Shown: positions 48,093 through 59,182, counted from the stretch's first letter. The stretch: DNA of 64,000 nucleotides from an uncultured virus (IMG/VR IMGVR_UViG_3300038441_002670) (IMGVR_UViG_3300038441_002670), one strand, 5' to 3'. Numbers and translations: made by a program. Notes: a model not told the origin generated them from the letters alone.

Positions 48093-48659
48093 TCACACGC
48101 ATGGGCACGTCGCCTGCACGAGTGCCTCCTGAAAGACGACCGCATAGCCCGCGATCTGCTCCGCACAGTCCAACCCGTTCACGACCTGGCGGGCGTGCGT
48201 GTAGTCGCACTGCGCCGCGTCAATGTACTCACCAAGACCCAGGCCCGTAAAGTCGCCGTCGCACATGCCCTCATAGAGGATACGCGCCGCCGGTCCCGGT
48301 TGCAGGGCCAGGTCGGGAGTCGTGACGAGGGGCAACTGGAGCTTCGCGCCCTGATAGGCATAGTTGTTTTTCCAGGTCAATTGAACATAGCCGCGACCAA
48401 AATAGGACTCTCCGGTCTCTGGGTCAGGCACGCCGTAGGGATACCCGGCACCATGACCGTACTCGGCAATGGGCTGCATGGTGCGGGCCGTCTCATGCAG
48501 CACCGTGGCCAGGATATACGCCACCTGACGCAGATCGAGCGGCGGCTCGTGCAACTCCGCATAATCCAGGAGATATTCACAGCCCTCGACCTGACTCTGC
48601 GTGAGGGTGCCGCCAAAAAGCGGGGTACGGATCACGTCATAGAAACGCTGGCGGTACAT
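48093..48659 (-). CDS. glycoside hydrolase family 19 endolysin
   Basis: AYILATVLHET, YFGRGYVQLTWKNNY, ARQVVNG.D. Confidence 0.88.
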   Translation of the reverse strand: MYRQRFYDVIRTPLFGGTLTQSQVEGCEYLLDYAELHEPPLDLRQVAYILATVLHETARTMQPIAEYGHGAGYPYGVPDPETGESYFGRGYVQLTWKNNYAYQGAKLQLPLVTTPDLALQPGPAARILYEGMCDGDFTGLGLGEYIDAAQCDYTHARQVVNGLDCAEQIAGYAVVFQEALVQATCPCV

Positions 48660-49228
48660 GGGGCTCCTTTCTCCTCCTCCGTTGCTATGGCTCACCCATT
48701 CGGCATGGCATAACGGCAGGCTGGGCACCAGAGCTGCTGCTGGGTGTCGTCCCAGACCATAGGCTGTAAACAGTAGTAGCACATGAGGGTCACTGCGTCG
48801 CTCTCGTCCACGGCGGCAGGAGGCAGGGTCATGGTGGGGCTCCTCTTTCTATGGGATGATGCGCTTAGTAGTCATGGTCTGCCCTATCCGTGCCAGAGGT
48901 GCCCATCCAGCCAATCCTCTGCCGGTGTTGCGCACGGAGTAGCCTGTCGCCCTCGACGTAGGCTTCCGCTTCGTCACCCACGGACCACGGGATACTGTAT
49001 CCACAGCGGCCACATTTCCAGATATTTGCGTCACCATCCTCACGAATCTGTACCGTATAGGTATGCGGTTGTGGTGGGTGTCGGTCATGGCATGGTGTCA
49101 GCATAGCGTTCCTCTCTGATGTTCTCGACATTGATTGTTGCACTCAATCGCCGTTTATAGTCCGTCCCCACGCAGCAAGAAGATTCCTGCAGCGAGAAAC
49201 GCCTTATAAATCAAGTAGATAGCCTCGC

Positions 49229-49486
49229 TCACTGGCTCTGCCCTGCCGCGACCTGGTCCGTGACGCGAGCATGCCCGTCGTGCTTCATGGCCTGCCAGGC
49301 ATCCCAGGTCGGGTTGTCGGTGCGGCGGCGCATCTCGGTTTCCCACACGCTCACCGCCACTTTGTAGCGGTCTTGACAGTCCCCGCACACCACGTAGACC
49401 CACCAGCCAGACTGGCTCAGGGTGGCTGCACGGGCCTGTTCGATATTGTGGGCCTGCGGCGTGCGGAAGGCCATACAGTGTTCCAT
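49229..49486 (-). CDS. hypothetical protein
   Basis: GAGG RBS, CxxC. Confidence 0.45.
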   Translation of the reverse strand: MEHCMAFRTPQAHNIEQARAATLSQSGWWVYVVCGDCQDRYKVAVSVWETEMRRRTDNPTWDAWQAMKHDGHARVTDQVAAGQSQ

Positions 49487-49495
49487 GGTGCGACC

Positions 49496-50938
49496 TCACT
49501 CCTCCCGGGCGGTGGCACGGGCTCGCTGTTGCAGCTTCGCGATAATTGCCGCGAAGTTCGCCGCCTCCAGGGTGAGCCCGGTGTGCGCCCAGACTGCCGC
49601 TTCATACTCGGCTTTGGTGCGGCACTGTTCCCCCCGGGCCGTGAGCAGGTTGCGGATGACCACGCGCGCATCAACAGCGGGAGCCACCGGCGGCCCGGGG
49701 CTCATCGTGGGCACGGGCCGCTTGTCGGCCTCGTCCTCGACTTCCTCCACCGCGCACTCCTCAATCCCCAGGGCATCCCGCAGGCACCGGGCTTTCGCCC
49801 GCGTGAGGGCTACGCGGCGAAAATGCGGCTTCACCATGGGCGTCACATTGCTCGGCGTGGCATCGCCAGATTCTTCGTAGCGCCGGCCATCCTGGAACGT
49901 CGCCACCGCATGCGCCAGCGACAGTTCCGCATCGTTGTACGTCCAGTCGGCGGCGAGGGACGCCAGCCCATCCTCTTGCGCCATGGCCACCAACCCGGCA
50001 AACTGCACATGGCGCTTGCCCTTAATCACGTCAATGTACTCGGCAGGCACTTTGGGACGGCGGCGGGGCAGGGGCACGGCAGGCGGGGGCGTCTCCAGGG
50101 TGGGTACAGGGATGCCCTCTTTCTGGTCGTGCGGGGGCGCGAGGGGCGTTGGGGCGTCCTGGGAGTCGTCCTGGAGGGCGATAGCGTCTCCTGGGGCATC
50201 CTGGGGCGTTTGCGGGGGTGTTTCAGCGAGACGCTCCTCCACCGTCTTCTCCTGCGGGAACAGGGAGGGGGCCGCGAGCTTGTCCTGCCAGAGGCGGTAG
50301 ATCTCAACAGCGGCGGTATGGTAGCAAGGATGCGTGGCCTGGCAGGAGCAGCGGCCATCGCGCACCGTGTAGCGCCGCTTCGCCTCGCGGTTGCTCTGGA
50401 CATAGGCCACGCTGCTGGCCGGAACGCCCAGGCTCACATGGCCAGCCTTGATCGCGCTCACGGCCTTGGCGATGCGCTCCGGGCTGTAGTCCCAGGGGTC
50501 GCGTTCCATCAGGCGGGCCTGGCGCTCTAACTCCGTCCAATCGGGTTCGCCGTACAACTCGGTCATGGGGCTATCCTTTGGCACAACGATGGTGCTACTT
50601 TCGTCGTATGCTATACTCATGGCTGCTACTCCTTCAAGGGTAGTCGTGATCGTGCTGTGGGTGCTCTCCAGTCTCGCCCGGCTGGGGAGCATCGCTGCCT
50701 CCTCCTCGGTGATCGTCTCACCAAGGGCCTTCCGTAGACTCGCGTGGACATCAGTGCCCTGCTTACTCGCCCACCGCAGGGCCAGCGCTTTCAGTTGCGT
50801 ACACACCTGCGCTGACCAGCCCGCTTCGTCCAGCCGCCGCTCGACATTGGGGCGATCCTTCTCCGTCTCGGCGTAAGCCGTGTCGGCGAGCATCGCGCAG
50901 AGTGCCCACCGTAGCGAGGGGATGTGCACGGGGGTCAT
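49496..50938 (-). CDS. multidomain protein: SWIM Zn finger plus Rad52/ERF-like single-strand annealing domain
   Basis: RYTV...CSC....CYH; C-terminal GDATPSNV...VALTRAKARCLRDALGI. Confidence 0.65.
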   Translation of the reverse strand: MTPVHIPSLRWALCAMLADTAYAETEKDRPNVERRLDEAGWSAQVCTQLKALALRWASKQGTDVHASLRKALGETITEEEAAMLPSRARLESTHSTITTTLEGVAAMSIAYDESSTIVVPKDSPMTELYGEPDWTELERQARLMERDPWDYSPERIAKAVSAIKAGHVSLGVPASSVAYVQSNREAKRRYTVRDGRCSCQATHPCYHTAAVEIYRLWQDKLAAPSLFPQEKTVEERLAETPPQTPQDAPGDAIALQDDSQDAPTPLAPPHDQKEGIPVPTLETPPPAVPLPRRRPKVPAEYIDVIKGKRHVQFAGLVAMAQEDGLASLAADWTYNDAELSLAHAVATFQDGRRYEESGDATPSNVTPMVKPHFRRVALTRAKARCLRDALGIEECAVEEVEDEADKRPVPTMSPGPPVAPAVDARVVIRNLLTARGEQCRTKAEYEAAVWAHTGLTLEAANFAAIIAKLQQRARATAREE

Positions 50939-51375
50939 GGTTGCACCTCCGGGCATGTATGCGGCAGGCCCAGCGCTGCCGTGATGGGTGGCTCGCAGAT
51001 CTCCCAATGCGCAGGCACCTCCTCCGTCCGATTGTGCCAGATGCGCTCAAGCAGGAGCGTGCCACACGCGCACCGCCAGAAGGCCGAGCGCGGCGGCTCA
51101 TCCAGGGGCGGAATCCAGGTGGGATAGGTTGTCAGCGTGGCGGCGGTCATACATGCACCTCCACGGGAGCACAGGCGAGCACATACGTCCACCACGCGCG
51201 GCACGCGGCTTGCGTGGCCTTGAGGTTCCCGGTCTGGGCTTGAGCACACATGGCATCGCCCAACGCCACCCAGCATGGATCGTGGCGACACGTCTGGCGA
51301 TGCTCGCTCGGCCAGTCCTGCGTTTTCTTTCCGACATAGTCCATCGCCGTTGTGATGGCTGCCCTACAGGCTGCA

Positions 51376-52941
51376 TCACCCATGATTGCCTCCAATCACT
51401 ATCAGTGTTTCCCGCGCCCGGGTACAGGCCACATACAGCATGCGGTACACGTCGTCTGCGCCCTCCCCGCCTTCACACAGGGCCACCCGTTGCGCCCGTG
51501 AGAGGTCCTGCCAAAACACCACCGTGTCCGCCTCGGCTCCCTTGAGGGAGTGGGCCGTACCAATCGTGATCCTGGGCATCTCCAGGAGCCCCTCCCGCCC
51601 GAAGCGTCGATACACGCGCAGGGGATAGGCCAGGGCCTTCGCTCGACTTTGTAAGAGGTTATCGGCCAGCCAGTGCAAGTCCCCCCGCAAGGCGCCGTCG
51701 AGCTGGCCGGGCAGGAACAGGTCTTCGAGGTCGCCCATGGTGCACGGCTTCGCCTCGTCAGCGTGGAGCGTCACATGCGTTTTGGCCTTGCGTCGTAGGA
51801 CCCCATCGGCCCGAATGAGCGGGACCCATGTTGCCAACTCCTGCCAGGACCACAGGCGGTCGGGGGGGCGCGCGAAGTCGAGGAGCCGCTGCATAATGCC
51901 CACACCCTTGGCCGGGGGGGCGAGCGGGTTCCAGTCGCGCCGGTGGGGGCGCCAGCGATTACTAAAGGGCAAGCCCTCCTGCTCCAGGGCCTCAATGAGC
52001 GGCTCCAGCATGTACGAACACGGCGCGATGCAGGCATACGTGCCCCAGGGTTCCTCCAGCCAGGCGGTCAGGCGGGCGATGACCATGTCTGGCGCTTCCC
52101 ACGTCCCTCCCTCGTGCAGCAGCGTTCCCTCCTCCGCGCGGGACTCCCAGGTTTTGGGGTGCCGCTGCTGGATACTCTCGGCATAGCGGGTGGCCCACGC
52201 CTGGAGCCGTCTCGGCACGCGGTACGACTGGGGCAGCACCCGGCGCTGCGGCGCGGCGAGCAGGGGGCGGAAATCCGCGCCACACCAGCGGTACAGGGCC
52301 TGGTCGTCGTCCCCCGCGGCGATGACGCGGGTCGCATGCCGCCCCCAGCGCGTCAGGAGGTCCCACTGGAGCAGGCTCAAGTCTTGCGCCTCATCCGCAA
52401 TGATCGTGGCGGGTCGGCCCGGGGCCACGGGCACCACAAAGCGGGCGCGGTCGATCAAGTCGGTAAAGTCCAGATACCCGCGCTCGTGCTTCCACTTCTG
52501 CCACAGTTTCCAAAAGAGTTGCTCGGGATAGGGCCAGCGGTCTTCCGGGACCAGGCGATGCCGCAGGACGTTAATTTGATTCAGGTACTCATCCGCGATG
52601 GTTCCGGGCGTGCTGCCCCCAGGGTCATCGGCGGCCAGGGGTGACTTTTGCCGCGAAAGCGGGTATAGTGGGTTCGCCTCATTCCATTCTTGATACGCAG
52701 GCTCCGCAATCGTAGGACGGTCTAATGCGTGATAGCAGTGTGAGTGCAATGTCCCTACCTGATGGGGTTCGAGCGGCAGGTCCCGCCCGGCAAGTTCCCG
52801 TGCCGCCGTCTTCGTGTAGGCACAGAGCAGCACACTGTCACTGCCCTCATCGTCCACGTATTGCCGCGCTAAGCGTGCCAACTCCGTTGTTTTTCCTGTC
52901 CCTGGCGGTCCAAACACCACTGCAAGGTTCGGCATTTCCAC
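51376..52941 (-). CDS. UvrD/Rep-like SF1 helicase
   Basis: GPPGTGKT, GTLHS, DEAQD, GDDDQALY, QSYR, TAHSLKGAE, LYVACTRAR. Confidence 0.95.
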   Translation of the reverse strand: MEMPNLAVVFGPPGTGKTTELARLARQYVDDEGSDSVLLCAYTKTAARELAGRDLPLEPHQVGTLHSHCYHALDRPTIAEPAYQEWNEANPLYPLSRQKSPLAADDPGGSTPGTIADEYLNQINVLRHRLVPEDRWPYPEQLFWKLWQKWKHERGYLDFTDLIDRARFVVPVAPGRPATIIADEAQDLSLLQWDLLTRWGRHATRVIAAGDDDQALYRWCGADFRPLLAAPQRRVLPQSYRVPRRLQAWATRYAESIQQRHPKTWESRAEEGTLLHEGGTWEAPDMVIARLTAWLEEPWGTYACIAPCSYMLEPLIEALEQEGLPFSNRWRPHRRDWNPLAPPAKGVGIMQRLLDFARPPDRLWSWQELATWVPLIRADGVLRRKAKTHVTLHADEAKPCTMGDLEDLFLPGQLDGALRGDLHWLADNLLQSRAKALAYPLRVYRRFGREGLLEMPRITIGTAHSLKGAEADTVVFWQDLSRAQRVALCEGGEGADDVYRMLYVACTRARETLIVIGGNHG

Positions 52942-52944
52942 TAA

Positions 52945-53171
52945 ATTCCCCTTAAAACCCTTAAGTTTCCCTTAAAACGGTTTTCCTTCTAACCCTTTGA
53001 AACTAGAGGAGTGCTTAAAACCCGTGTATAACGTAACGCGAAAACTCTCGCCGCAATTTTTGGTTAAGGAAATTAAGATGTTAGGATGTCGTTTATTTTC
53101 AATCACTTACAGAATTTCCTGTTTTAGGATAAATTAAGGGTTTTAAGGACGCCTTCATTTTCAATCACTTA
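52945..53171. other. AT-rich putative replication origin with inverted and direct repeats
   Basis: 15-bp IR at 52950-52964/53134-53148; ATTTTCAATCACTTA twice; multiple CCTTAA/TTAAGG. Confidence 0.6.
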
Positions 53172-54249
53172 GATCAAATAGTGTTGTATCGTCTTGTTTT
53201 TCAAGCACTTGCTGGCTTTCTGTCTCCGGCTCCGTCGTCGGCAGCACGGGCACCGTCTCGACGGGCACCTCCTCCAGGCTGGCGGGCGGGATGCGCCAGA
53301 CACTGCGACTGGTCTTCTTGGGTTGTTGGACCGTCAGCGTGATCCTGCGGCCCTTGAGGAGGCGCAGCAGGTCCAGCAAATCCGTCTGGATCATCTTGCT
53401 ATTGACCACGCGCACGTAGTTGAGAAACATATGGCGCGCGGCGAGGTAGAGCATGCCCTGGCGTACAAAGGGGCGGTTGCCCAGCGCCAGCAATTCCCAC
53501 TCTTCGCTACTGTTATCCCGGTCCAGCATGCACGACTGCATCTCCAGGTAGCCCAGGACCAGGGACTTGGCCTGCCCCAGCCTGGTCATTTCCGGCGTAT
53601 CGACGGTGACGGCCACTTGCGCCAGTATCTGCATGTGATGGTCCCAGAGATGGGCGTCTTTGGGCGGATAGCGCCGCAGCACATGCCCCGTCACATCGTA
53701 GATGCGTGCCCGCACATGCGCCTGCGACATCAGCTCTTTACTCGTGCCCAACTGAATCTCTGACCCATCGTGCAGCTGGAGATGCCACAGGGCATTCTCC
53801 CTCCCATGCCGCACAACGGCTTGAATCTCTAACCCCCAGGTGTCGGACAGGTTCATGAGGAGCGCTTCGCGGGCAAAGTCGAGGTTGCCTAGGTTCGCTT
53901 TGAGCCGCGCCTCATGGATGACCAGCCGACAATACCCGATATCGGGCTCAGGCCGCGCACTGCGGCTATTCCCCTCGCGGATGAGGGCGATGATGTCGTC
54001 CTCACTCCACTGCGCCAGCAACCCCGTTTCGGCCAGGAGCACATCGAAATACCCATGCCGCGTGTCGTCGGTCTCAGGATCGCGCTTGAGCGCCCGGCGC
54101 AGCCGGGGCGAGTCGAGGAGCAAGTTCACCAGCGCTTGCGGATCGAGCGTGCTGCGCGGTTCCTCTTCCTGGTCGGGCACCTCCCCCGGGCGATGGCCAT
54201 TGATGCTAACGGAGGGGTCAGGGAGGCGAGGGCGTTTTTTCTCGGCCAT
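53161..54249 (-). CDS. putative replication protein (primase C-terminal-like helical domain plus unknown region)
   Basis: Lies upstream of the origin-like region and helicase; no catalytic motif recognised. Confidence 0.5.
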   Translation of the reverse strand: MAEKKRPRLPDPSVSINGHRPGEVPDQEEEPRSTLDPQALVNLLLDSPRLRRALKRDPETDDTRHGYFDVLLAETGLLAQWSEDDIIALIREGNSRSARPEPDIGYCRLVIHEARLKANLGNLDFAREALLMNLSDTWGLEIQAVVRHGRENALWHLQLHDGSEIQLGTSKELMSQAHVRARIYDVTGHVLRRYPPKDAHLWDHHMQILAQVAVTVDTPEMTRLGQAKSLVLGYLEMQSCMLDRDNSSEEWELLALGNRPFVRQGMLYLAARHMFLNYVRVVNSKMIQTDLLDLLRLLKGRRITLTVQQPKKTSRSVWRIPPASLEEVPVETVPVLPTTEPETESQQVLEKQDDTTLFDLSD

Positions 54250-54409
54250 CGGCTTGTCCTCTGGGGTGGTAAGCCATAGCGATATATGGTGCAAAGCCAT
54301 TGCAATGTGCTATAAATAATGACTGAGCACTATGCTGTCTATTCTATAACTATTTTTGGTGAAAATCAACTACAAATATTCTATACTCTCATGTAAGGAG
54401 GTTTCCTGT

Positions 54410-54616
54410 ATGAGTCGCCCTAAGACTGAGCCCAGTACACATCAGATTGTCTCTGTCCGCTTTCCGGTTGATGTCTGGGAAGCATGTCACGAGGTCGCGG
54501 CGGCAGAAGACCGCAGCTTGAATGAGCAACTCCTGCGCATTACCAAGGAATGGTTTGCCGATAAGAAGGGGAAGGAGTTTGCAAGCGCTCGATCCCGCAA
54601 CCATCGCCATCAATAA
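54410..54616 (+). CDS. Arc/ribbon-helix-helix regulator
   Basis: VSVRFP...AAAEDRSLNEQL; AAGGAGG RBS. Confidence 0.85.
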   Translation: MSRPKTEPSTHQIVSVRFPVDVWEACHEVAAAEDRSLNEQLLRITKEWFADKKGKEFASARSRNHRHQ

Positions 54617-55055
54617 CCTGCCCTCACCGCTTCCGCCTCCGCCCCACCCGGATCGCCCACGCCGGGCACTCATGCACGTAGCCGGGCGGGTACTGCCGCT
54701 GCACCCAGGCGGTGACGCGCGGCCAGCGGTAATCGAGTACCAACGCATCACCGGCATGCAGCAGGCGGGCGATGCGCCAGCGTACTTGAGCAACCATGAT
54801 CTCTTCCTCCCTGGAGGCCCCCATGTCCCCTGATGCCCCCGACGTGTTCCGTGCCATGGGCCCGCTCCTCGCTGCCCTGCCACCCGCGCTTCAGGCGCTC
54901 GTGCTCCGCGCCCGCCATGAGCCCGCGTTTGCGGCGGCAGTCGCCAGCCTAGAGGCGATGCTGCGAGCGGGCCTCACGCTCGACGACGTGCAGGGCGCGC
55001 TCCTGCTCGCCGTGCTGGCCACGAAGCTGGAGGGGTCGCCCTAACCCTGGAGGCC

Positions 55056-55313
55056 ATGATGTCCGCTCACACTGCCGTCGATGCCATGCTTGCCGACCCC
55101 CGCTATGCTGCTGGTATAGAGGCCTTTGCCGACCGTGTCCGCGCTGGCCGCCCGGTGTGGTGGCACGTGCTCACCTTTGATGGACTGGGAACGCAGGCGT
55201 TCGCCTCCTGGGATCTCGCCAGCGTAGCCGACCTCAAGTGGCGCCTCGCCCGCGATGGCATTGCCACGACACTCGAGTCCGGCTGGATCACCTTCCCGCG
55301 TCCGCCGCCCTAG
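55056..55313 (+). CDS. hypothetical protein
   Basis: GGAGG RBS. Confidence 0.5.
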   Translation: MMSAHTAVDAMLADPRYAAGIEAFADRVRAGRPVWWHVLTFDGLGTQAFASWDLASVADLKWRLARDGIATTLESGWITFPRPPP

Positions 55314-56157
55314 CCACCTCCTTTCATGCAAGAGTCCACAGACGAAAGAGCACATACAGCAGGGCTGCGACCGGCCCCCCCAGCGACAGCGTATAGAGCA
55401 GCCCCACCATGATGCGGAAGGCGAGGGAATGGCTATGTCTCATGTCTCATGATCTCCCGCATCAGGTGACACCCCCTCCCCTCACCACGGCCTTTTCCCC
55501 GCCTCCTGGCGCCGGGCCATCCACGCCAGGGGTGTCCCCGCGCTCTGCTCCTGGCGCTGGTGTTGCGCCAGGACCCCGGCGTACAGGATGCGCTGGCCCA
55601 GGGGCCACGACGCCGTCCAGCCTTCTTCCGTGCCACACGTGACGCAGCGAAAGCTGACACAGCGCTCCGCCATGCCGTCCGCTTCCGGGAAACTCAGGAG
55701 CAGGTAGTACGAGATGCACCAGTCATGGCTATGCATGGGACGCCTTTCATGCTTTCAATGATTGAATGAAAAGAGTGTTTTCATGAAAACATGCCTATGT
55801 CTCATGATCCGCTGCCTCGGGGGGCAGCCACAGCGGCCAGAGCACGCCGGATCGCGCCAGCTCAGGCCGTCCGACTTGCAGATGCCGCGTGTACTTCAGC
55901 GCGACCGCCCGCCGTTCCCGCCGCCGTTCCTCCGTACCATCCAGCGGCAACTCGTGTAGCCAGAGGTAGCACGCCCAGGCCTTCAAGCAGGGACGACTCA
56001 GCGTGCAGGGGCAGGGCCTGGGCATGGCGTGCCTTCTTCCAGTAGGGCCGCCTCGTCGCCCCATGCCTCCATGGCATCGAGCAGGTCGTGGATGAACAGC
56101 GCAACGATGGAGCGCAGGCGCACCGCGCAGGCGTCTGCCTGCGCGGGATGGTGCTGG

Positions 56158-56472
56158 TTAGTGTTCATGGGATGTCCTTTCAGCGAGGATCTGAAGTTTC
56201 GCCAGCGTTGTCTGGCCGAGCATGCTCGCGGGCACCAAGACGTCGCCCTGGAGTAGGCGCAGGAGATACTGCGCTTCGGCGGGCGTTACGGTCGGGTGCG
56301 GTGCGGGCGTGGGCAGGGCATTCCACACGGCGCCGCAATGCGGGCACGTACAGAGGAGCCAGGTGCCCTGTGTCGTCAGTCGGCTGACGACGTCCGCGAC
56401 GGTCTGCTGACAGGCCATGCACCGGGCGTGAGTAGCACTTTTAGGAGGGTTCATCTTTCGTGTTCTCCACAC
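56158..56472 (-). CDS. Zn-ribbon hypothetical protein
   Basis: CxxC...CPHC motifs. Confidence 0.45.
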   Translation of the reverse strand: MWRTRKMNPPKSATHARCMACQQTVADVVSRLTTQGTWLLCTCPHCGAVWNALPTPAPHPTVTPAEAQYLLRLLQGDVLVPASMLGQTTLAKLQILAERTSHEH

Positions 56473-57115
56473 AGAAGAGCGGCAATGTCTCTACGCTCAA
56501 TGCTTGCTGAGCCTGTAAGTTTGCATGGTGTGCAAGATAGCGCCGGGCTGCGCGTGACCACTCTGACTTCTCAAGATTGCCGAGTCTCAAATTGCATCGC
56601 GTACAGAGGAGCCCGCGTACGACACCTGTGGTGTGATCATGATCAACCGCAAGAGATCTGGTGTATTCGGGACGTCCACAAATCGCACAGGCACCACCTT
56701 GGGCATTGAAGAGTGTTTCATAGGCCTCTAGCGTGATAGCAAATCTGCGGCGTAGCCAACCCTGCCGCTTTATACGCTCTGTGCGCTCTGGGTCGCGTTC
56801 GTCCCGTTGCTGTCGTAGCTTTTTTACACAATCCCGGCATTGCCCTCGATGTTTCCCGGTTTTCTTGTCAAAAAAGAAGACTTCCCATGGCAGCATCGTT
56901 TGGCACGAATTACATAGCCGCTTGGTGCCATCTTCAGAAATAGGGATAAAAGGCCACTTCACGACGTGAGGATCGCCATGACGTTTCCAACGGTAGTAGT
57001 GTTTCTGACAATAACCAAAAGAAGCCCATGGCGTAGAACAGCCATCAACAAGACACGGCGCACCAGTCTTCGGTCGGTTTGCGGGAGGTGGTGTGATAAA
57101 CTTAGAGATAGCCAT
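56441..57115 (-). CDS. endonuclease VII-like HNH protein
   Basis: C.VDGC...GYCQKHY.RW.RHGDP; CAIC, LAVDHDHTTGVVRGLLCTRCN. Confidence 0.92.
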   Translation of the reverse strand: MAISKFITPPPANRPKTGAPCLVDGCSTPWASFGYCQKHYYRWKRHGDPHVVKWPFIPISEDGTKRLCNSCQTMLPWEVFFFDKKTGKHRGQCRDCVKKLRQQRDERDPERTERIKRQGWLRRRFAITLEAYETLFNAQGGACAICGRPEYTRSLAVDHDHTTGVVRGLLCTRCNLRLGNLEKSEWSRAARRYLAHHANLQAQQALSVETLPLFCVENTKDEPS

Positions 57116-58085
57116 GGCACCTGTGCTCCTATCACAGCGTGAAATGGTTAGAGTCCTAGCAGTGTGTCGAGCACTACTAGGACTTGTTTTTTGTAGCCTA
57201 CAGTATAACATATTTTAGCACCACATAAGAATAAAAATACAAAAATTTCAAATAGTTATGCGTCCCTGGGTGGGTTCATCGTGCCCTCCTCTCAGGCATG
57301 GGTCTGGTGATACTGGTGGCAGTAGGGACAGCGGTATACCTTCGCCTTCCTGGGCTTGTGCCGCTGCTGCTGCTGCGCCTGGAGGACGCGATGCGCCGCC
57401 TGGGCGCTCGGGTAGGCGATCTTGCCCGCGCACCCGCTCGTGGGATCAGTCGGGAGCGCGTCGGGGGAGGCCGTGAGTCTCATGAGAAGGGCTCCTCTAG
57501 AAGCCGAGGGGGAGTTGGCGCGGGTCCGCGTCTTCCGTGCTCGGTGCGTCCTGGCAGCGGTGACAGACCGTGATGCCGGGCCACGCATAGGGCTGGACCC
57601 GTGCCCATTCCGCCTCGGTGACGCTGGTACAGGCGGCCTTGGGGCCACGGCCGAACGCACAGAGCCAGGTGAGGTCGCGGCCCAGGAGCGTCTGGACCCG
57701 GGTGCGGGCGCGGTGGGAGGCGAGCGCGATGTTCATGATGCGGCCTCCTTCGCGTCTTGGGGGTGGCGTTCCCACACGACCCCGCCGGACGCCGCGCGAT
57801 AGGGATTGGTCGAGCCCCACAGGATGCCGCAGTGGGGGCATTCCATCAGCGTCACCTGCTCCAAGTCGGGACTCTGCCGCAGCGTGGCCGTGGTTACGAC
57901 CGCCCGGCAGGCATGGCACCGCGCCTGCCTCGGCTCGTGCGCTGGCACGATGGCCGTGTTCTCCGGGTTGCAGCGCTCGCATAGGCTGCCAGCCAGCGCC
58001 AGGGTTTCCTCCTGGCACGAGGGACACCGAAGCAGGACGGGCTCGGCGGGTGCGGCGGTCGGGATGTGGAGATGCGTGCGATGCT

Positions 58086-58631
58086 TCATAGGGCGGGAAT
58101 CTCCTGTTCGAGAAAACGCTGCTGCTGCGTATCCCACGTACAGAGCTTGAATCGCACCATGGGATACAGACTTGCCGCCGTCTTCAGGCGATCCAAGGCC
58201 CGGCGGTGGTCGAACATGAACGTGTGTTTCACCTCGATCAGCGTGAGCCCATAGCTGCCAAAGCGACACAGGCTCTCGGCAAAGGCCGGGCTCAGCGTGA
58301 TGGGCTGGCTCGCGGGAAAGGTCAGGACGTCAGGGCCACGCGCCTGCGTGAGAAAGTCCGCGGTGTAGGACATGCGAGGCGCGATCCAGAGGCGGAGGGG
58401 GCACGGCCACCACGCCTTGAGGTGCCCCTCCTGCTTGGCGACGTCAAGAACCGTGGCATAGCGCTGCTCCGTCTTGGAGACGTTGCGCCCCGGGGTGCGG
58501 GCGCGGGTGACCTCCACGTCCTGCGCCGTAGGGGCGGGTGCCGTCCGCACGGTCAGCGCCGGGTCGAGGGCCAGGCCGTGTCGCTGCGCATGGGCAATGG
58601 CGTCGGCTTCCGTCATGACAAGGCCGCGCAT
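58086..58631 (-). CDS. DUF1064-like PD-(D/E)XK nuclease
   Basis: SKTEQRY, YTADF, IEVKH. Confidence 0.7.
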   Translation of the reverse strand: MRGLVMTEADAIAHAQRHGLALDPALTVRTAPAPTAQDVEVTRARTPGRNVSKTEQRYATVLDVAKQEGHLKAWWPCPLRLWIAPRMSYTADFLTQARGPDVLTFPASQPITLSPAFAESLCRFGSYGLTLIEVKHTFMFDHRRALDRLKTAASLYPMVRFKLCTWDTQQQRFLEQEIPAL

Positions 58632-58966
58632 GGAGCCTCCTCCTGCGCGGCGGGGAGCACGCCGAGCACGCGCCGACAACAGGCGGCCACGAGGATTTGC
58701 GGCTTCCCTGGCAGCACTAAGATGGGATGGAGTGTGCCACCGCAGCAGGCGATCAGGTTGCTCCCTGGGGCTGCCCACTGCGCCTCGCGGGCCTGGCGTG
58801 CCGCCGCCAGGAGGGCCGCGCGGTGGCGCGCACGGTACGCCCGCTTGTGGCGGTTCTGCTGGGTGGCGCATTCGTCGCACAGGACGCTTCTGCCCCTCGG
58901 ACGGGCGCACCGTACACAGCGCCCGGCGGCTTTGTGCTGCGCATACGTGGCTTTGTCGTGGGGCAT
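58613..58966 (-). CDS. hypothetical Zn-finger protein
   Basis: GRCVRC...LCDEC. Confidence 0.5.
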   Translation of the reverse strand: MPHDKATYAQHKAAGRCVRCARPRGRSVLCDECATQQNRHKRAYRARHRAALLAAARQAREAQWAAPGSNLIACCGGTLHPILVLPGKPQILVAACCRRVLGVLPAAQEEAPCAALS

Positions 58967-59182
58967 CTACGGGGCCTCCTCTGGCTGGGGGAGCCGATAC
59001 ATGCCCTCACCACACCAGCGCAGCCGTCCGTCGTGCAGCATGCGGTAACAGGCGCGGTGCGTGGCCAGGAACGGCGCCTTGATGTGCTTGGCGATGACGC
59101 GGTAATGCTGCGGCCCCTCAGCCTGGCGGAGGTACGCGGTAATGCGCAGCGGGAGGGGCGTACGATGGCGAGTGGGGGTCAT
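58967..59182 (-). CDS. small winged-helix-like protein, copy 2
   Basis: LRITAYLRQAEGPQHYRVIAKHI...RMLHDGRL...GMYRL. Confidence 0.65.
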   Translation of the reverse strand: MTPTRHRTPLPLRITAYLRQAEGPQHYRVIAKHIKAPFLATHRACYRMLHDGRLRWCGEGMYRLPQPEEAP

